This document shows positions 25,587 to 40,566 of a stretch of 64,000 bases of DNA, in pieces. The stretch is from contig OX597814.1 in assembly GCA_951406725.2 (NCBI GenBank), positions 14,880,001-14,944,000 of the forward strand. The letters are read 5' to 3'. The notes beneath the pieces were generated by a model. The model saw only the letters and a list, made by a program, of their open reading frames with translations, did not search any database and had not been told where the DNA came from. Source of the DNA: Octopus vulgaris. Its lineage: Eukaryota. The first letter of the stretch is position 1. The number at the start of each line of letters is the position of its first letter. The position numbers were made by a program, and so were the translations under genes.

Positions 25587-25965
25587 TGTTATGCCTGTTA
25601 ACTTGCAACTGGAAAAATGAAGCCGATGGCACACTGATGTTCTTTAAATAAAGTTTAAGTGTGTTCTGCTTCGAGGTGACATACGTTCTTAATAACCTCA
25701 GCGACCCTTACTTTATTTATGTATAATGAGACGTCGTTAACGTATTTAGCATATGACATAAATCTTAGTATACTTTATGAAACTATAAGTATAAACCAGA
25801 AGTATTAGCTAAAATTAGCATAATATATAATTTGCATAGAGCAGGGAGAGTTAAAATACACGTCATACATCTTTCGCTCTTTTATCTACATTTCATTTAC
25901 TTCTTCGTGTAAAAAGATCATATGGTGTAAGGCAGTGTCAATCTGGTTGTCATAAAGATTGTCAC

Positions 25966-26197
25966 AAGGCGGCGAGCTGGCAGAACCGTTAGCACACCGG
26001 GCGCAATGCTTAGCGGTATTTTGTCTGCGTTACGTTGTGAGCTCAAATTCCGCCGAGGTCGGCTTTGCCTTTCATCCTTTCGGGGTCGATAAATTAAGTA
26101 CCAGTTACGCACTGGGGTCGATGTAATCGACTTAATACCTATGTCTGTCCTTGTTTGTCCCCTCTGTGTTTAGCCCCTAGTGGGTATTAAAAAATAA
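25966..26197 (+). mobile_element. SINE family B (full length)
   Basis: AAGGCGGCGAGCTGGCAGAA...TTAGCCCCTAGTGGGTA. Confidence 0.9.
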
Positions 26198-26461
26198 GTT
26201 CTCATAAAGATATGTTTTACTTATATAGCAACCATTATCTTCAGTAAATTCGACGTCGGATTTTAAAACATATTTGATGTTAATTTGATCAAATCTTTAT
26301 ATTTTAGACAATTTCTTAAATTCCAACAAATCGGTTGCTTTCTAATACATGACGTATTACCTAATCAACTAAGATTTTCATCTAATCACACAAGCATCTT
26401 CATCTGGGAATTGTATTGTCAAAAATGTTTTGACGTGATATATATTTCACAAGTTCGCTTC

Positions 26462-26499
<38 letters not shown>

Positions 26500-26502
<3 letters not shown>

Positions 26503-27620
26503 TGTCCGCTGGGGGAAATTCGTCTTCAGCCGCCTGGATTACTGCTCCAAGCTATGGTCACCCAATAGTGTAAAATTAACAGCGAACCTTGAAGCAATCC
26601 AGCAGAGCTTCACAAAGAAGATCGTTTCTTTGCAACACCTCAGCTACTGGGAAAGGCTGAAACAGCTAATATTCTACTCCCTGGAGCGAAGGCAGGAGAG
26701 GTATGTGGTAATACGCATCTGGAAGATCCCGGAAGGAATTGTGCCAAATTTTGGCATTGAAAACTACACCAATGCCAGAAGGGGTCGCCACTGTATAATG
26801 TTAAAGATCCCAGCAATGCCACTGTGCTTCAGGACCAGTTACTGCAATAGCCTGGGTTTCAGAGGCCCACAGCTTATTAATATTCTCCCAAAGAGCCTGA
26901 GTAACCTGCACAAAGTGGATGTAGGCGTTTTCAAATATTGTACACGCGAGCAGCTGGATGAATCCTTAGATCATTCGGAATCAGAAATAAGGACACCATG
27001 CTCCTTGTATGGAGGACGATATTACTCGGTCGTCTGAATTACTTCTCTCAACTGTGGTCGCCCCAGAGATTCAAATTGGCGGCGGAACTTGAGGCAATCC
27101 AGCGCCACTACGGAAAGAAAATTGACTCTGTAAAACAGATGAGCTGCTGGGAGGGGCTACAAGAACTGAACTTCTACTCCCTGGAGAGAAAGAGAGAAAA
27201 TTATGCAGAGATATACATATGCAAGATCGTGGAAGGTCTAGCTCCCAACTTTGGAAATAAAAGTTATGACAACCTCCGAACAAGACGGAACTGCATAATA
27301 CCAAAGAAATTGTCTTCTTCATCTCAAATAAGGGCCCAGTATTGCAACAGCTTTGGTTTCAAGAGGCCACAACTGTTTAACATTCTACCGAAGGACACAA
27401 GTGATCTGCAATGTGTAGGTGTAGTAACGTTCAAAAACACGTGAACAAATTTCTATCTGCAATCGAAGATGAGCCCACATCGCGCCAGGAGGTACAAAGC
27501 AGAAAGCTTCTTCCAACACGCTTCTTCATCAAAAACAGTACCGAAAAGAGACCCTCAAAAGACGGAAAGGAGGTGCTCCAGTATAGCTACATCCTCTGGT
27601 TGAAAGTAGCAAGAGACTAA
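26500..27620 (+). mobile_element. Two tandem CR1-like LINE 3' fragments
   Basis: SRLDYCSKLWSP..LEAIQ..SYWERLKQL..YSLERR and a second diverged copy RLNYFSQLWSP..LEAIQR..YSLERKR. Confidence 0.85.
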
Positions 27621-27986
27621 AAAAGAAAACACACACACACATATAAGTATAGCCATCAGTAAAGTGACTGAGGGCGCTACTCAGCACCAGCATTGCTAGT
27701 CAGAACAAATCTTTGTAGAGAAAGAATGGTGATAAAAATTGGATTCTTGACTACAGAATTAAACACAGCAAAACGTATTCGGTGTTTGGTGGGATATAGA
27801 AGAGGTTTTTCATTATGAGCGTTTAAATCCGAATCTGACGTTCACATTTGGAGCCTGCCGCCAGAAACATTACTGTTTGAATGAAGACTGTATTGGGTGG
27901 GGACTAGCACCATCAATCATTTTAGTGAGAGATCTATACCTGTGCCTTTTGGTTGCAAATTGCGAATATGCGATTATGCCACCTCA

Positions 27987-28980
<994 letters not shown>

Positions 28981-28983
28981 CTA

Positions 28984-29541
28984 AAACGCCCTGATGCAGT
29001 ACCAGGCAGTGTCTTTCATGGCTTCTGATCTTAACTGATTAGAAGTGTTATCATGTACATTGTTTTGTTTTGGTATAAAAGATGGGCTACAGCAAATATT
29101 CTGCTCAATACCACAGATTTGCTTGTCAGTTGTTTGACCTTAATGAGTTGAGCATGTCCCTTAGTGGCTGACGATATGTGCATCTCTGATCACGAGCAGA
29201 AGTAGTGGGAGAGGATCATAGCCATGTGTTGAGAGGGATTCTTTGGGGCTTGAATAATTCACCTCTGTAAACGTGGGTGTTTCGTTCAAAATCCTTGAAC
29301 AACCCCCATTCAGGGACATTTTGAGCGGGATGGGCTACTCGACCAGAAAAAAATTCTAACTGGGCCCCACCTGCAAGGTCATGTGCTGTTTATTTTGATA
29401 TAAGATCACCATGTCGCGCACATATGGTTGTGATGCATGTGCCTAGTGTACCCTTATCAGACGGGTAGTCATGATGGGTATACTGGGCTGTGTATATTTT
29501 ACCCCAGTGTCACTTTGATGGCATGCACTGCTCTCTCACTC
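28984..29541 (+). mobile_element. (AAT)n-associated non-coding element E
   Basis: GCCCTGATGCAGTACCAGG...CTCTCTCACTC flanked by (AAT)n; orientation assumed. Confidence 0.85.
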
Positions 29542-29554
29542 AATAATAATAATG

Positions 29555-30258
<704 letters not shown>

Positions 30259-30276
30259 AATAATAATAATAATAAT

Positions 30277-30319
<43 letters not shown>

Positions 30320-30326
<7 letters not shown>

Positions 30327-30636
30327 AAGAAAAAATAAGATGGCTAGCAGCAGGCTGTTTCGCCTCATACCGAAGGAATTAGAAATGGCAGTCAAAGACC
30401 GTTTTTCCATTTTCTTTGCAAGGTTCAGTATATAGTAAAGAAAAAATAAGATGGCTAGCAGCAGGCTGTTTCGCCTCATACCGAAGGAATTAGAAATGGC
30501 AGTCAAAGACCGTTTTTGCATTTTCTATAAGTGGATTTGGTCTTTGACTGCCATTTCTAATTTCTTCGGTATGAGGCGAAACAGCCTGCAGCTAGCCATC
30601 TTATTTTTTCTTTACTATATACTGAACCTTGCAAAG
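30320..30636. repeat. 111-bp direct repeat plus 98-bp inverted repeat
   Basis: Units start ~30320 and 30431; 30414-30511 pairs with 30539-30636. Confidence 0.9.
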
Positions 30637-30735
30637 GTCCTGACAATTAATTTGTCGTATTTACATACCGAAATTTACCGGTAAATAATTGTTGGTTACA
30701 TGAAAAACCACAGGAAAATTATTTACCATTTTTAT

Positions 30736-30791
<56 letters not shown>

Positions 30792-31321
30792 TATGGACCG
30801 CCTTTTGTTCATTCCCTCTCTGTTTATTTCCTCGTATTCCTTTCTGTTTAAGAGCATCTGCTCAAAATGTAAAAGATTTTTTTCATTTTTTCCGAGCGAA
30901 TACACCTACCCTGCTTGTTGTTCATACACTTTTGTTTTTCCATAAATTTCAACCATATACATACATACATACATACATAAATACATACATAAATACCTAC
31001 ATACATACATACATACATACATACATACATACATACATACATACATACATACGTATATATATATATGGTTGACTGAAACTTCAGATGTTACTTTTGTGGT
31101 TTCTTCACTCATTTAGTCGCTGTCTTCCTCAGTAGTAAAATAAATTTTATTCTACAAAGTTGATTGGAGAGAATCAGCTCTTCTATACCCTCAAATTTAT
31201 GTCTCTGCGACTATGTCAGAAATCCCTATATTTACGAGTGACCTCATATAGTTACAATCAAGAATTTAAATGGAATCGCGACTTCAGCGCAACCGTCATT
31301 GAAATCCATTCGAATGTGTTC

Positions 31322-31625
31322 CTCTCTACTTGTATCAATCATTTGATTGCGTCTATGCTGGAGCACCACCTTTAGTCGAGCAAATCGATCCCAGGACTTA
31401 TTCTTTGGAAGCCTTGTACTTATTCTATCGTTCTCTTCTGCCGAACCGCTAAGTTACGGTGACGTAAACACACCACCATCGGTTGTCAATCGATGTTGGT
31501 GGTGGTGGTGGTGGGGGGGCAAACACTGACACACATACACACACACATACACATATATACCACGGGCTTCTTTCAGTTTCCATCTACCAAATCCACTCAC
31601 AAAGCTTTGGTCGGCCCGAAGCTAT
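31322..31625 (-). mobile_element. SINE family A (5'-truncated)
   Basis: Family A 3' two-thirds. Confidence 0.8.
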
Positions 31626-31884
31626 GAGGATCAATGCATGGCCGAGTGCATATTTATACGTATGTGAACAGCTATTCAAATGATAATGATTCTGTTTGGA
31701 AGCCTTGATTTTTGGGGATACGCTGTAAATATATTCAGTTAACATAATGAAATAAACCAATTATAGGTAACAACATATATATTAAATATATCAGTTAATA
31801 CAATAATTTAATACGCATAAAAATTATTTACAAGATACATGTAGGAGCTGTGTGTGTGCTTATGTGTTTGTGTGCGTGTGATAT

Positions 31885-32297
31885 ACTCTTTCCTCTTTAC
31901 TCTTTTACTTGTTTCAGTCATTTGACTGCGGTCATGCTGGAGCACCGCCTTTAGTCGAGCAAATCGACCCCAGGACTTATTCTTTGTAAGCCCAGTACTT
32001 ATTCTACCGGTCGCTTTTGCCGAACCGCTAAGTGACGGGGACGTAAACACACCAGCATCGGTTTTCAAGCAATGCTAGGGGGACAAACACAGACACACAA
32101 ACATATACACACACATATATATATACATATATAAGACAGGCTTCTTTCAGCTTCCGTCTACCAAATCCACTCACAAGGCATTAGTCGGCCCGAGGCTATA
32201 GCAGAAGACACTTGCCCAAGATGCCATGCTGTGGGACTGAACCCGGAACCATGTGGTTGGTAAGCAAGCTACTTACCACACAGCCACTCCTGCGCCT
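31885..32297 (-). mobile_element. SINE family A (full length), ~100 bp downstream of an IL-17 stop codon
   Basis: Head to tail intact. Confidence 0.9.
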
Positions 32298-32395
32298 ATG
32301 TGTATAAATTATAATAACCACTCAGTGGTCAAGTTTCATAATATTATTAGTAACTTCTGCATTACATGCAGTTCAGAATTAGTTACTTGCTCGTT

Positions 32396-32922
32396 TTACA
32401 ACTCAAATTCATCGTCATTTCCTCCGGTTATTACATCGATTTTATGCGCACATACACAAGCTGTGGCTACCTGAATCATACTTGGTTTATATACGTACAG
32501 TCCAGCTACACATTTACCTGTACATTTGAGGACAGTCATTTTAGTGTATACCATCCCACATTGGTAATGACTGTCAGAGTCGGGACAGTTTCTACAGCGA
32601 CATACTACTTCGGTACGTGATGGCGGGAAAATTGTTGAATCATAGGTAATTTTAAGATACCAACGGCAGGTTGAACGTTCAAGGATATCAGTAGATAGTG
32701 AAGATGGTGGGCAAGTTTTATCCCCTACGGTCAATACTGGCTCGTTACCTTCGGCTAGAGCCATTTGGGCGGAAGAAAAAAAAAATCCTGCCAATGGCGG
32801 CTTTGGATAGACTGTTGTAATGGACCATTAAGTTGGTTGGTATTGTATATTGTGTCAGACATGAAGCCGCTGGGGCAATGAAAGCTACACTAAGAAAGAA
32901 GATTATATACTGGGGAAAAAAC
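32396..32922 (-). pseudogene. IL17: IL-17-like main exon with frameshift(s): pseudogene or homopolymer assembly error
   Basis: Acceptor tttcttacag; signal-like YIIFFLSVAFIAPAAS..SLSKAAIG lies in a different frame from GDKTCP..ERSTCRWY..EVVCRC..ATACVC..GGNDDEFEL*; the shift is at a T10 run (~32776-32785). Confidence 0.8.
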
Positions 32923-33073
32923 CTGTAAGAAAATAAACAACATTTTAATCATATAATATATCTTACTTTCTGTTAAAACATACGTCTCTGAATAATCAGA
33001 TATAAGACGAATATTTTACTTTAGACATGTACATTATTTTATGAGAAATTATGTCTCAAACTATTTGTCTTAA

Positions 33074-33360
33074 TGTGGAGGCGCAATAGCCCAGTGGTTA
33101 GGGCAGCGGATTCGCGGTCGGAGGATCGCGGTTTCGATTCCCAGATCGGGCGTTGTGTGTATTTATTGAGCAAAAACGAGGCTCCGGCAGGGAGTAATGG
33201 TGACTCCTGTTGTAATCATTCGCCCCAACATTCTCTCACTCTCGCTTCCTGTTTCTTGATGGACTGGCGTCCAGTCCTGCTGGGGGAAAACGTACGCCAC
33301 AGAAACAGGGAAACCGGGCCCATGAGCCTGGCTAGGCTTGAAAAGGGGGCATAAATAAAA
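33074..33360 (+). mobile_element. SINE with family C head and a different 3' part
   Basis: GTGGAGGCGCAATAGCCCAGTGGTTAGG head, A-rich tail. Confidence 0.75.
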
Positions 33361-33583
33361 AAATAAATATTTGTCCTCTAAAATGTTGGACGAAAGTTAG
33401 GTTATGAAATTATATATTGAAAAGAAAAATGGAAAAAAAAGAAGATAGTAAAGAATGGATGTGTTGTTAAGATGTTCGCTTCTCAACTACATGGTTTCGG
33501 GTTCAGATTTATTGCGGGGCAGTACGCTGGACAAATAGCTTCTATTATAACTCCGGATTGACTAATACTTTGTAAGTAAAATT

Positions 33584-33677
<94 letters not shown>

Positions 33678-34097
33678 GTGTGTTTGTGTCTGTGTATGTG
33701 TGTTTATATTTGCGTCTCTCTCCAACCAATACTTGACAATTGGTATTGATTTGTTTACATCGCCGTATCCTAGCAGTTAGGTAAAAGGGATCGATGGAGT
33801 AAGTTATCGGGCTTAAAAGAAATAAGGACCAGGGCCGATTTGTTCTACTAAACCCTTCAAGCTGGTACCCCAGCATGGCCGTGGTTCATTCACTGGAACA
33901 AGTATGAGATAAAGAATATATTTTACAAAATATTTCTGTCTCAATGACTTAAAACATCAGTCGATATTAGTGTTTCAGTCAAGGAAGACAGACTGTGAGA
34001 AACAAAACAGAAGAATAATACAGATCAAGAGTGATAGTATGAGTTCATTAGTCAACAAATGTAATTTTAGAACCTGTATATCCGTAATTATAAGCAA

Positions 34098-34485
34098 GTG
34101 TGGAGGCGCAATGGCCCAGTGGTTAGGGCAGCGGACTCGCGGTCATAGGATCGCGGTTTCGATTCCCAGACCGGGTGTTGTGAGTATTTATTGAGCGAAA
34201 ACACCTAAAAGCTCTACGACGCTCCGGCAGGGATGGTGGTGATCCCTGCTGTACTCTTTCATCACAACTTTCTCTCACTCTTACTTCCTGTTTCTGTTGT
34301 ACCTGCATTTCAAAGGGCCGGCCTTGTCACTCTCTGTGTCACGCTGAATATCCCCGAGAACTACATTAAGGGTACACGTGTCTGTGGAGTGCTCAGCCAC
34401 TTACACGTTAATTTCACGGGCAGACTGTTCCGTTGATTCGGATCAACCGGAACCGTCATCGTCGTAACCGACGGAGTGCTTCTAC
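34098..34485 (+). mobile_element. tRNA-derived SINE, family C
   Basis: Full match to the 22742 copy. Confidence 0.9.
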
Positions 34486-34606
34486 AGTTTGCACAAAATC
34501 GACAATTTTAGATACGTATTTTTCTTTCTTTAATAAGCATATTACTCGAAATTTTTGGGAAACGGTTTAATTGATTACATCAAACCCAGTGCTCAACTAG
34601 TACTTA

Positions 34607-34875
34607 TTTTATGAATCTTGTGAAAGGTAGGAGAGTCCAGTTTGCTGGACATTGTTGTAGAGCTGAAAAAGAAGTAATGTCTACTCTTCTCGTCTGGAAG
34701 CCATCTACTTGCAATACCAGAGGGCGCACACTCTCCTACCCTGATGTAATCTCCAGGGATACAGGCATCCAGCAACAGGACCTCCGTAATGCCATGATGG
34801 ATTGTGAAGTCTGGCGTAGCATGGTAAATTCCATTGTCTCAACCACGGTCGAACAATGATGAATGATGATGAATC
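34607..34875 (+). mobile_element. RTE-like LINE 3' end inserted in a family B SINE
   Basis: RRVQFAGHCCR..LLVWKP..RGR..SYPDVISRDTG..AMMDCEVWR*, (GAT)n-like tail, flanking ATGAATCT duplication. Confidence 0.8.
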
Positions 34876-35468
34876 TAAATAAGATGAAAGGTAAAGTCAA
34901 CCTCGGCGGAATTTTGAATCAGGTAATATAGCCGAAGATAGTAAATGCGCCGCATTAACAATTCAAGCAGTTGACTCACTTAGAATTTTGCCTGAAATAT
35001 GAAATGATCTATTGTGATAACGTGTGTTATTAGTTAATTTGTAGTTCGGTATTGAGGTGTAATGTGGGGGTTATTACATCGCGGTACAGAACTATGAAAT
35101 TCAACAAAATAACTCCATTTGTAGATATTTGAAACAGACATAATCGGAAAATGTATTATGATACATTTTCCGAATCATGGCATTCTTCATGTTTGAAGGA
35201 GTTGGGCCACGTTGCTTCTCACCAAAGTGCCAGTCAACACACATTCAAGGGGCATGGTTGTTTCAAAATCAAAGTCACGTGATCATTCTTCGGGTGCTTC
35301 TGTTGATTAAGGAAATAAAAAGTTGTATTTAACCATTTCTGCTAAATACAAAACAGGCAAGTACTAATTTACTTGCTCAATAACACAACATGCAGCTCGG
35401 TCCGGGAATCGAACGCACTACATCATGATTGTGAGCCCAATGCTGTAACGACTGAGGCATATGTACAT

Positions 35469-35541
<73 letters not shown>

Positions 35542-35859
35542 AATATATATATATATATATATTTATATACATATATATACATGTATATGTATGTGTATAT
35601 ATATATATATATATATATACATGCGCGCGCACACACACATATGTATTATATATGTATATCTAGGAACAGCCATAGGTGTGTAGCAAGAAACTTGCTTCCC
35701 AATCATGCGGCTACGGGTTCAGCCCCGCTGCGTGGTGCCTTAGGCACGTTTCTTCTACTATAGCCTTTGGCCCACCAACGTCTTGTGAGTGAATTTGGTA
35801 GACGGAAACTGAAAGAAGCCCATTGTATATATATAGTGAGTGTGTGTGTGTGTTAGTGA

Positions 35860-35897
<38 letters not shown>

Positions 35898-36148
35898 TTG
35901 TGTGTTTCTGTTCTTAGGTGTTGTTATCTAGTGGTTTGGCGAAAGAATCCAAAAGAATAATACCGGGCTTAAAAAAGAAAAAAAAAATGTAGTATGGTCG
36001 ATCCATTCTACTAGAAATTCTTCAAGGCTGTGCCCCAGCATGACCGCTATTTAATGCCTGAAACAAATAAAAGATAAATGATATATCAGCTTAAATTATA
36101 ACATAACTACAAAGAAATATATCAGACAAAGTATGTTACATCAATTAC

Positions 36149-36154
36149 CTTCAT
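36149..36154 (-). CDS. IL17: Putative coding exon 1 (MK) of the IL-17-like locus at 32396-32922
   Basis: ttacaATGAAG|gtaatt; upstream 36155-36460 is homologous to the 5' region at 61447-61790. Confidence 0.65.
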
Positions 36155-36279
36155 TGTAATTCTTGTAAAACTTGGTTATAGAAAACTACAATTTTCGAAC
36201 GAAATTTTTCTTACAGGGCCTACGAGTATATCTTTCTCGACATGACTTGCTACGTTAATGAAACCACCTGTCTTACGTT

Positions 36280-36460
36280 TATTTATATATACACCCTTTC
36301 AACGGGTGAGTTCATAAAAACAAACAAAAAGAACTAAAACTTCACGGAAATTTATGCTTCCGTTGCGTTGTAAATCCGGCGTTAATTACCATTAATTGCA
36401 AAAATTAAGATTCTTATCTACATGCTGTTATATAGAACACTTTGTTCAAATGAACAGGAC
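36280..36460 (-). promoter_or_regulatory. IL-17-like promoter (TATA plus conserved block)
   Basis: TATATATAAAT at ~36281-36291; CGCCGGATTTACAAC at 36367-36381 is shared with the paralogs. Confidence 0.65.
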
Positions 36461-36742
36461 GTGTCTTCTACAGTTTTATTTATCATTACTTTTACCTTAT
36501 ATCACGAATAATGTGTGCGTGGGTGACAAGGCGGTGGTCATTGATATAAAGATACAGGAAATTTCTTCCTCTCGGAAATTATCTAGCCGCAGGCGTGACT
36601 GTGTGGTAAGAAGCTTGCTTCTCAGCCATATGGTTTTGGGTTCAACTGCGCGGCACATCGGGTAGCTGTCTTCTATTATAGCCTCGGACCAGCTAAATTC
36701 TTGTGAGTGGATTTGGTACGCAGAATCTGAAAGAAGTCTGTA

Positions 36743-36775
<33 letters not shown>

Positions 36776-36789
36776 TATGTATGTATTAA

Positions 36790-36860
<71 letters not shown>

Positions 36861-36868
<8 letters not shown>

Positions 36869-37064
36869 TCAAAGGACAAGACCACTAGGTAGTCGCCCGT
36901 ATGCTAGAAATAGATCACCTACGATCAAACTACAAAGAAAATTGTTCTGGTGTCCGCTGAATTTTCCTCTAGAGAACATTCTTTTCTTTGTAGTTTGATC
37001 GTAGGTGATCTATTTCTAGCATACGGCCGACTACCTAGTTGTCTTGCCCTTTGAATATACACAT
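36861..37064. repeat. ~90-bp inverted repeat with ~25-nt spacer
   Basis: ATGCTAGAAATAGATCACCTACGATCAAACTACAAAGAAAA and its exact complement at ~36983-37023. Confidence 0.9.
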
Positions 37065-37685
37065 GTATTAGAATATTCTCTGATTTTTCAGATTTTTGTG
37101 TGCTAGGCTACTGCTTTCAAATTGATATTAATTAAATTAATATTAATTTATCTCCCTCATTATTTAAATATATATATATATATCAGAAATTAAAAAAGGA
37201 AAATACGCACACTTACATAGTTTTAATATAATCTTTAATATATCGACTGGTTTCGCTATCGCTATTCATGATATTATGTTTTATTTATTTGAATATATAT
37301 TTTTTCTTGAGGAAAAATTTGGTCCATGTGTGTGATAAAATATTTATATATATTTGTTGTGTGTGATGAAATATATATATATATATTTGTGTGTCTGAGT
37401 TTCTCCCCACACTATTGCTTGGCAATCGATGTTAGTGTGCTTACGTCCCAGTAACGTAGATGTTCGGCAAAAGATATCGATAGAGTAAGTATTAGGCTTA
37501 CTGAGAATACGTTTTGGGGCTGATTCGTTCGATTGAAGGTGGTGCTCCCGTATGGCCACAATGAAATGACTGGAACAAGTAAAAGAATGTGTGTGTGCGT
37601 GTGTGTGTGTGTGTGTGTGTATACAACGTTTGGTATCTGGCTTGCATGATTACTTATGTAAATTCGTGTGTTGAAACAAATCATG

Positions 37686-37828
37686 TTGCGTCTGGGGAGA
37701 GTCTTATTGCCTTAATATAACAGAAACGTAGTGACGACAAACCTCTCGGAAATAAATAAATAAATAAGTGGAAATTGAACCGGTGTGTGTGTGTTATAAT
37801 GAGGCACTATGACTCTCCTCAGACACAA
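37686..37828. repeat. Short imperfect inverted repeat; same terminus as ~18030-18078
   Basis: TTGCGTCTGGGGAGAGTC..TATAAC pairs with GTTATA..GACTCTCCTCAGACACAA. Confidence 0.7.
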
Positions 37829-37885
37829 ATATACATATACCTGTCTTCGTTTTTTGTTTTTTTTTTTGTTATTCTCGTAAACCCT

Positions 37886-38010
<125 letters not shown>

Positions 38011-38119
38011 TATGTATAATATAATATAATATAATATAATATATATATATAATATATACACTGTGTGTGTTTGTGTGTGTGTGTGCGTGTTTGTGTGTGC
38101 GCGTGAGTGTGTGTTTGTA

Positions 38120-38154
<35 letters not shown>

Positions 38155-38384
38155 ATGCGTGTGTGCTTCCTGTATGCACGGCCAAACCGCTTGGTTCAAT
38201 CTGTTCCAAATTTGGCTGACTGGAAATTATGTCGGATTTGGGTTTTTTCGCTTTAAAGATAAACAATTCTGAAACGCTTTTTAAACGTGAAAATGAAACA
38301 AGAGGTTTAAAGAAAAAGAAACAGTAATGTTTCCAAATAACGAAATGTCTTCATTCGGTCACACGCTGATACACTCTAGGATAT

Positions 38385-38788
38385 CTCTTTTACTCTTTTA
38401 CTTATTTACTTGTTTCAATCATTTGACAGCAGCCATGCTGGAGCACCGCCTTTAGTCGACCAAATCGACCCCAGGAATTATTCTTTGTAAGCTTAGTACT
38501 TAATCTATCGGTCTCTTTTGCCGAACCGCTAAGTTACGGGGACCTAAACAAACCAGCATCGGTTGTCAAGCAATGCTAGGGGGACAAATACAGACACAGA
38601 AACATATACATATACATATACATATATATGACGGGCTTCTTTTCAGTTTCCGTCTACCAAATCTACTCACAAGGCATTGGTCGGCCAGGGGCTATAGCAG
38701 AAGACACTTGCCCAAGGTGCCACGCAGTGAAACTGAATCCGGAACTATTTGGTTGGTATGCAAGCTACTTATCACACAGCCACTCCTG
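38385..38788 (-). mobile_element. SINE family A
   Basis: Family A match. Confidence 0.85.
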
Positions 38789-39742
38789 ATAAATTTCATA
38801 AATTTCATAAATTTTAAAGTTCAATATTCCCGTGACATAAGTTAGAGATATCGACACGAGTTATTCAAATAATTGTTCGTGGAATGGATCTAATAAAATT
38901 AGTTACAGTTCACTCGATATTTCATATTTGAATCCGATGTGACTATTTCGACTTGGATATTAGTCCTGCCTTAGATTCAAAATCGAATCTACGATTTCCC
39001 TCTAGCCATACAGCCTATTCTCCAGGGCCAAACTGCTGAATACATCTGTACCAAACTTAGCATGAATATGCTTGCATATGTAAATTGGTGGATGAAAAGA
39101 TTGTATAATGATTGTTCGAAGTTTGAGAGAAAATGAAGCACGAGAAGATTAGCAGAAGCCTTAGAAAGAATGAACCTATGGAATATGAGAGAGTTGCATT
39201 TTATGTGTGTTTTGTGGGAGTAAATGCCCGAGTCGTACAGGTCTGGCCAGCTGTCAGCGGTACGTGCAAAAGGGTGCTTTCAGTCGGCCTATTAAAGAAT
39301 CATCACGAAAGAATTCATACTGTGGAATCTGTTCCTTATAGCAGCTAACTCAGCTGTGCATTATGCAATAGAACGTGCAGAACTTTGTCCAATCATGCAA
39401 GGGCTTCACATTGAATCTTCAAAGACGCATTTCAGTGATTCTTTCTAGCAACGGCATTGCTCGATTACGAGAAAGCAGCTATCCTCCCTTGATGAAATAC
39501 CCAATTGATGAAATATCAATACGATACATTCAAATTAATTACATTAAACTAAATTTAATTTCTGTAATTTAAATAATTCGATAAGGAAACGGCTGTAGGG
39601 ATAGAAAATTCATATTAAATTGAATTGAATACCTTTGACTAAACTGATATTTATACGTCAATTTTTCCATTTTCTTCTTTTCTTCATTCATATGTATGTA
39701 TGTATGTATGTATGTATACATACACACGCACACACACACATA

Positions 39743-39781
<39 letters not shown>

Positions 39782-39832
39782 ACACATAAATATATACATG
39801 CATATATACATACATATACATATATATATAAA

Positions 39833-39896
<64 letters not shown>

Positions 39897-39959
39897 TGTG
39901 TGTGTATGTGTGAGTATATATTCGCATAAGAGAATACATGCATACATATATACATACAA

Positions 39960-40440
39960 ACATGCACACATAAAGGAATACTGGTGGAATGTACCAATGA
40001 AGACGTCAACAAAATGTAAACACAACAGACCTGATATAATGATTGCGACAGAAAAGAGAAACTGTGCACAGATGTGGAAATTAGCTGCCCAATGGACGTG
40101 AACATAAAGCTGAAGATCATTGAAAAAGCGATCACCTATGCTGAACTATTGAGAAATCTACAGTTACTCTATCCAGATTACAAGTTCAGGTTTATACCTG
40201 TAATTATTGGGGCCCTGGGACGTGTAACACAATGAATAAATACCAATCTTGAGAAACTAGGCTTCTGAAAAGCAGAAAGGAGAATTCTAATTCGAAGACT
40301 ACAGATCTAATCCATCCCTGGAACTGTAAAAATGTGTAAAACTTTCCAGAAGTTTATCGTTCCACTATATATGAGCATGTCTAGATATGCAACTATATGC
40401 ATGAGAATACATACATAAAACATACAAATCTGCACAAACA
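39960..40440 (+). mobile_element. R4-like RLE LINE 3' end in a (TACA)n tract
   Basis: KEYWWNVP..CKHNRPDIMI..K..Y.ELL..FIPVIIGALG (RLE endonuclease motifs). Confidence 0.8.
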
Positions 40441-40489
40441 TACATACATACATACATACATACATACATACATACATACACACACACAC

Positions 40490-40566
<77 letters not shown>

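Noticed and set aside
30546-30590. GGTATGAGGCGAAAC as a hammerhead core
   Set aside because: Lacks CUGANGA and a formable stem II
39060-39560. Coding-looking stretch with short ORFs
   Set aside because: No recognisable protein motif or splice structure
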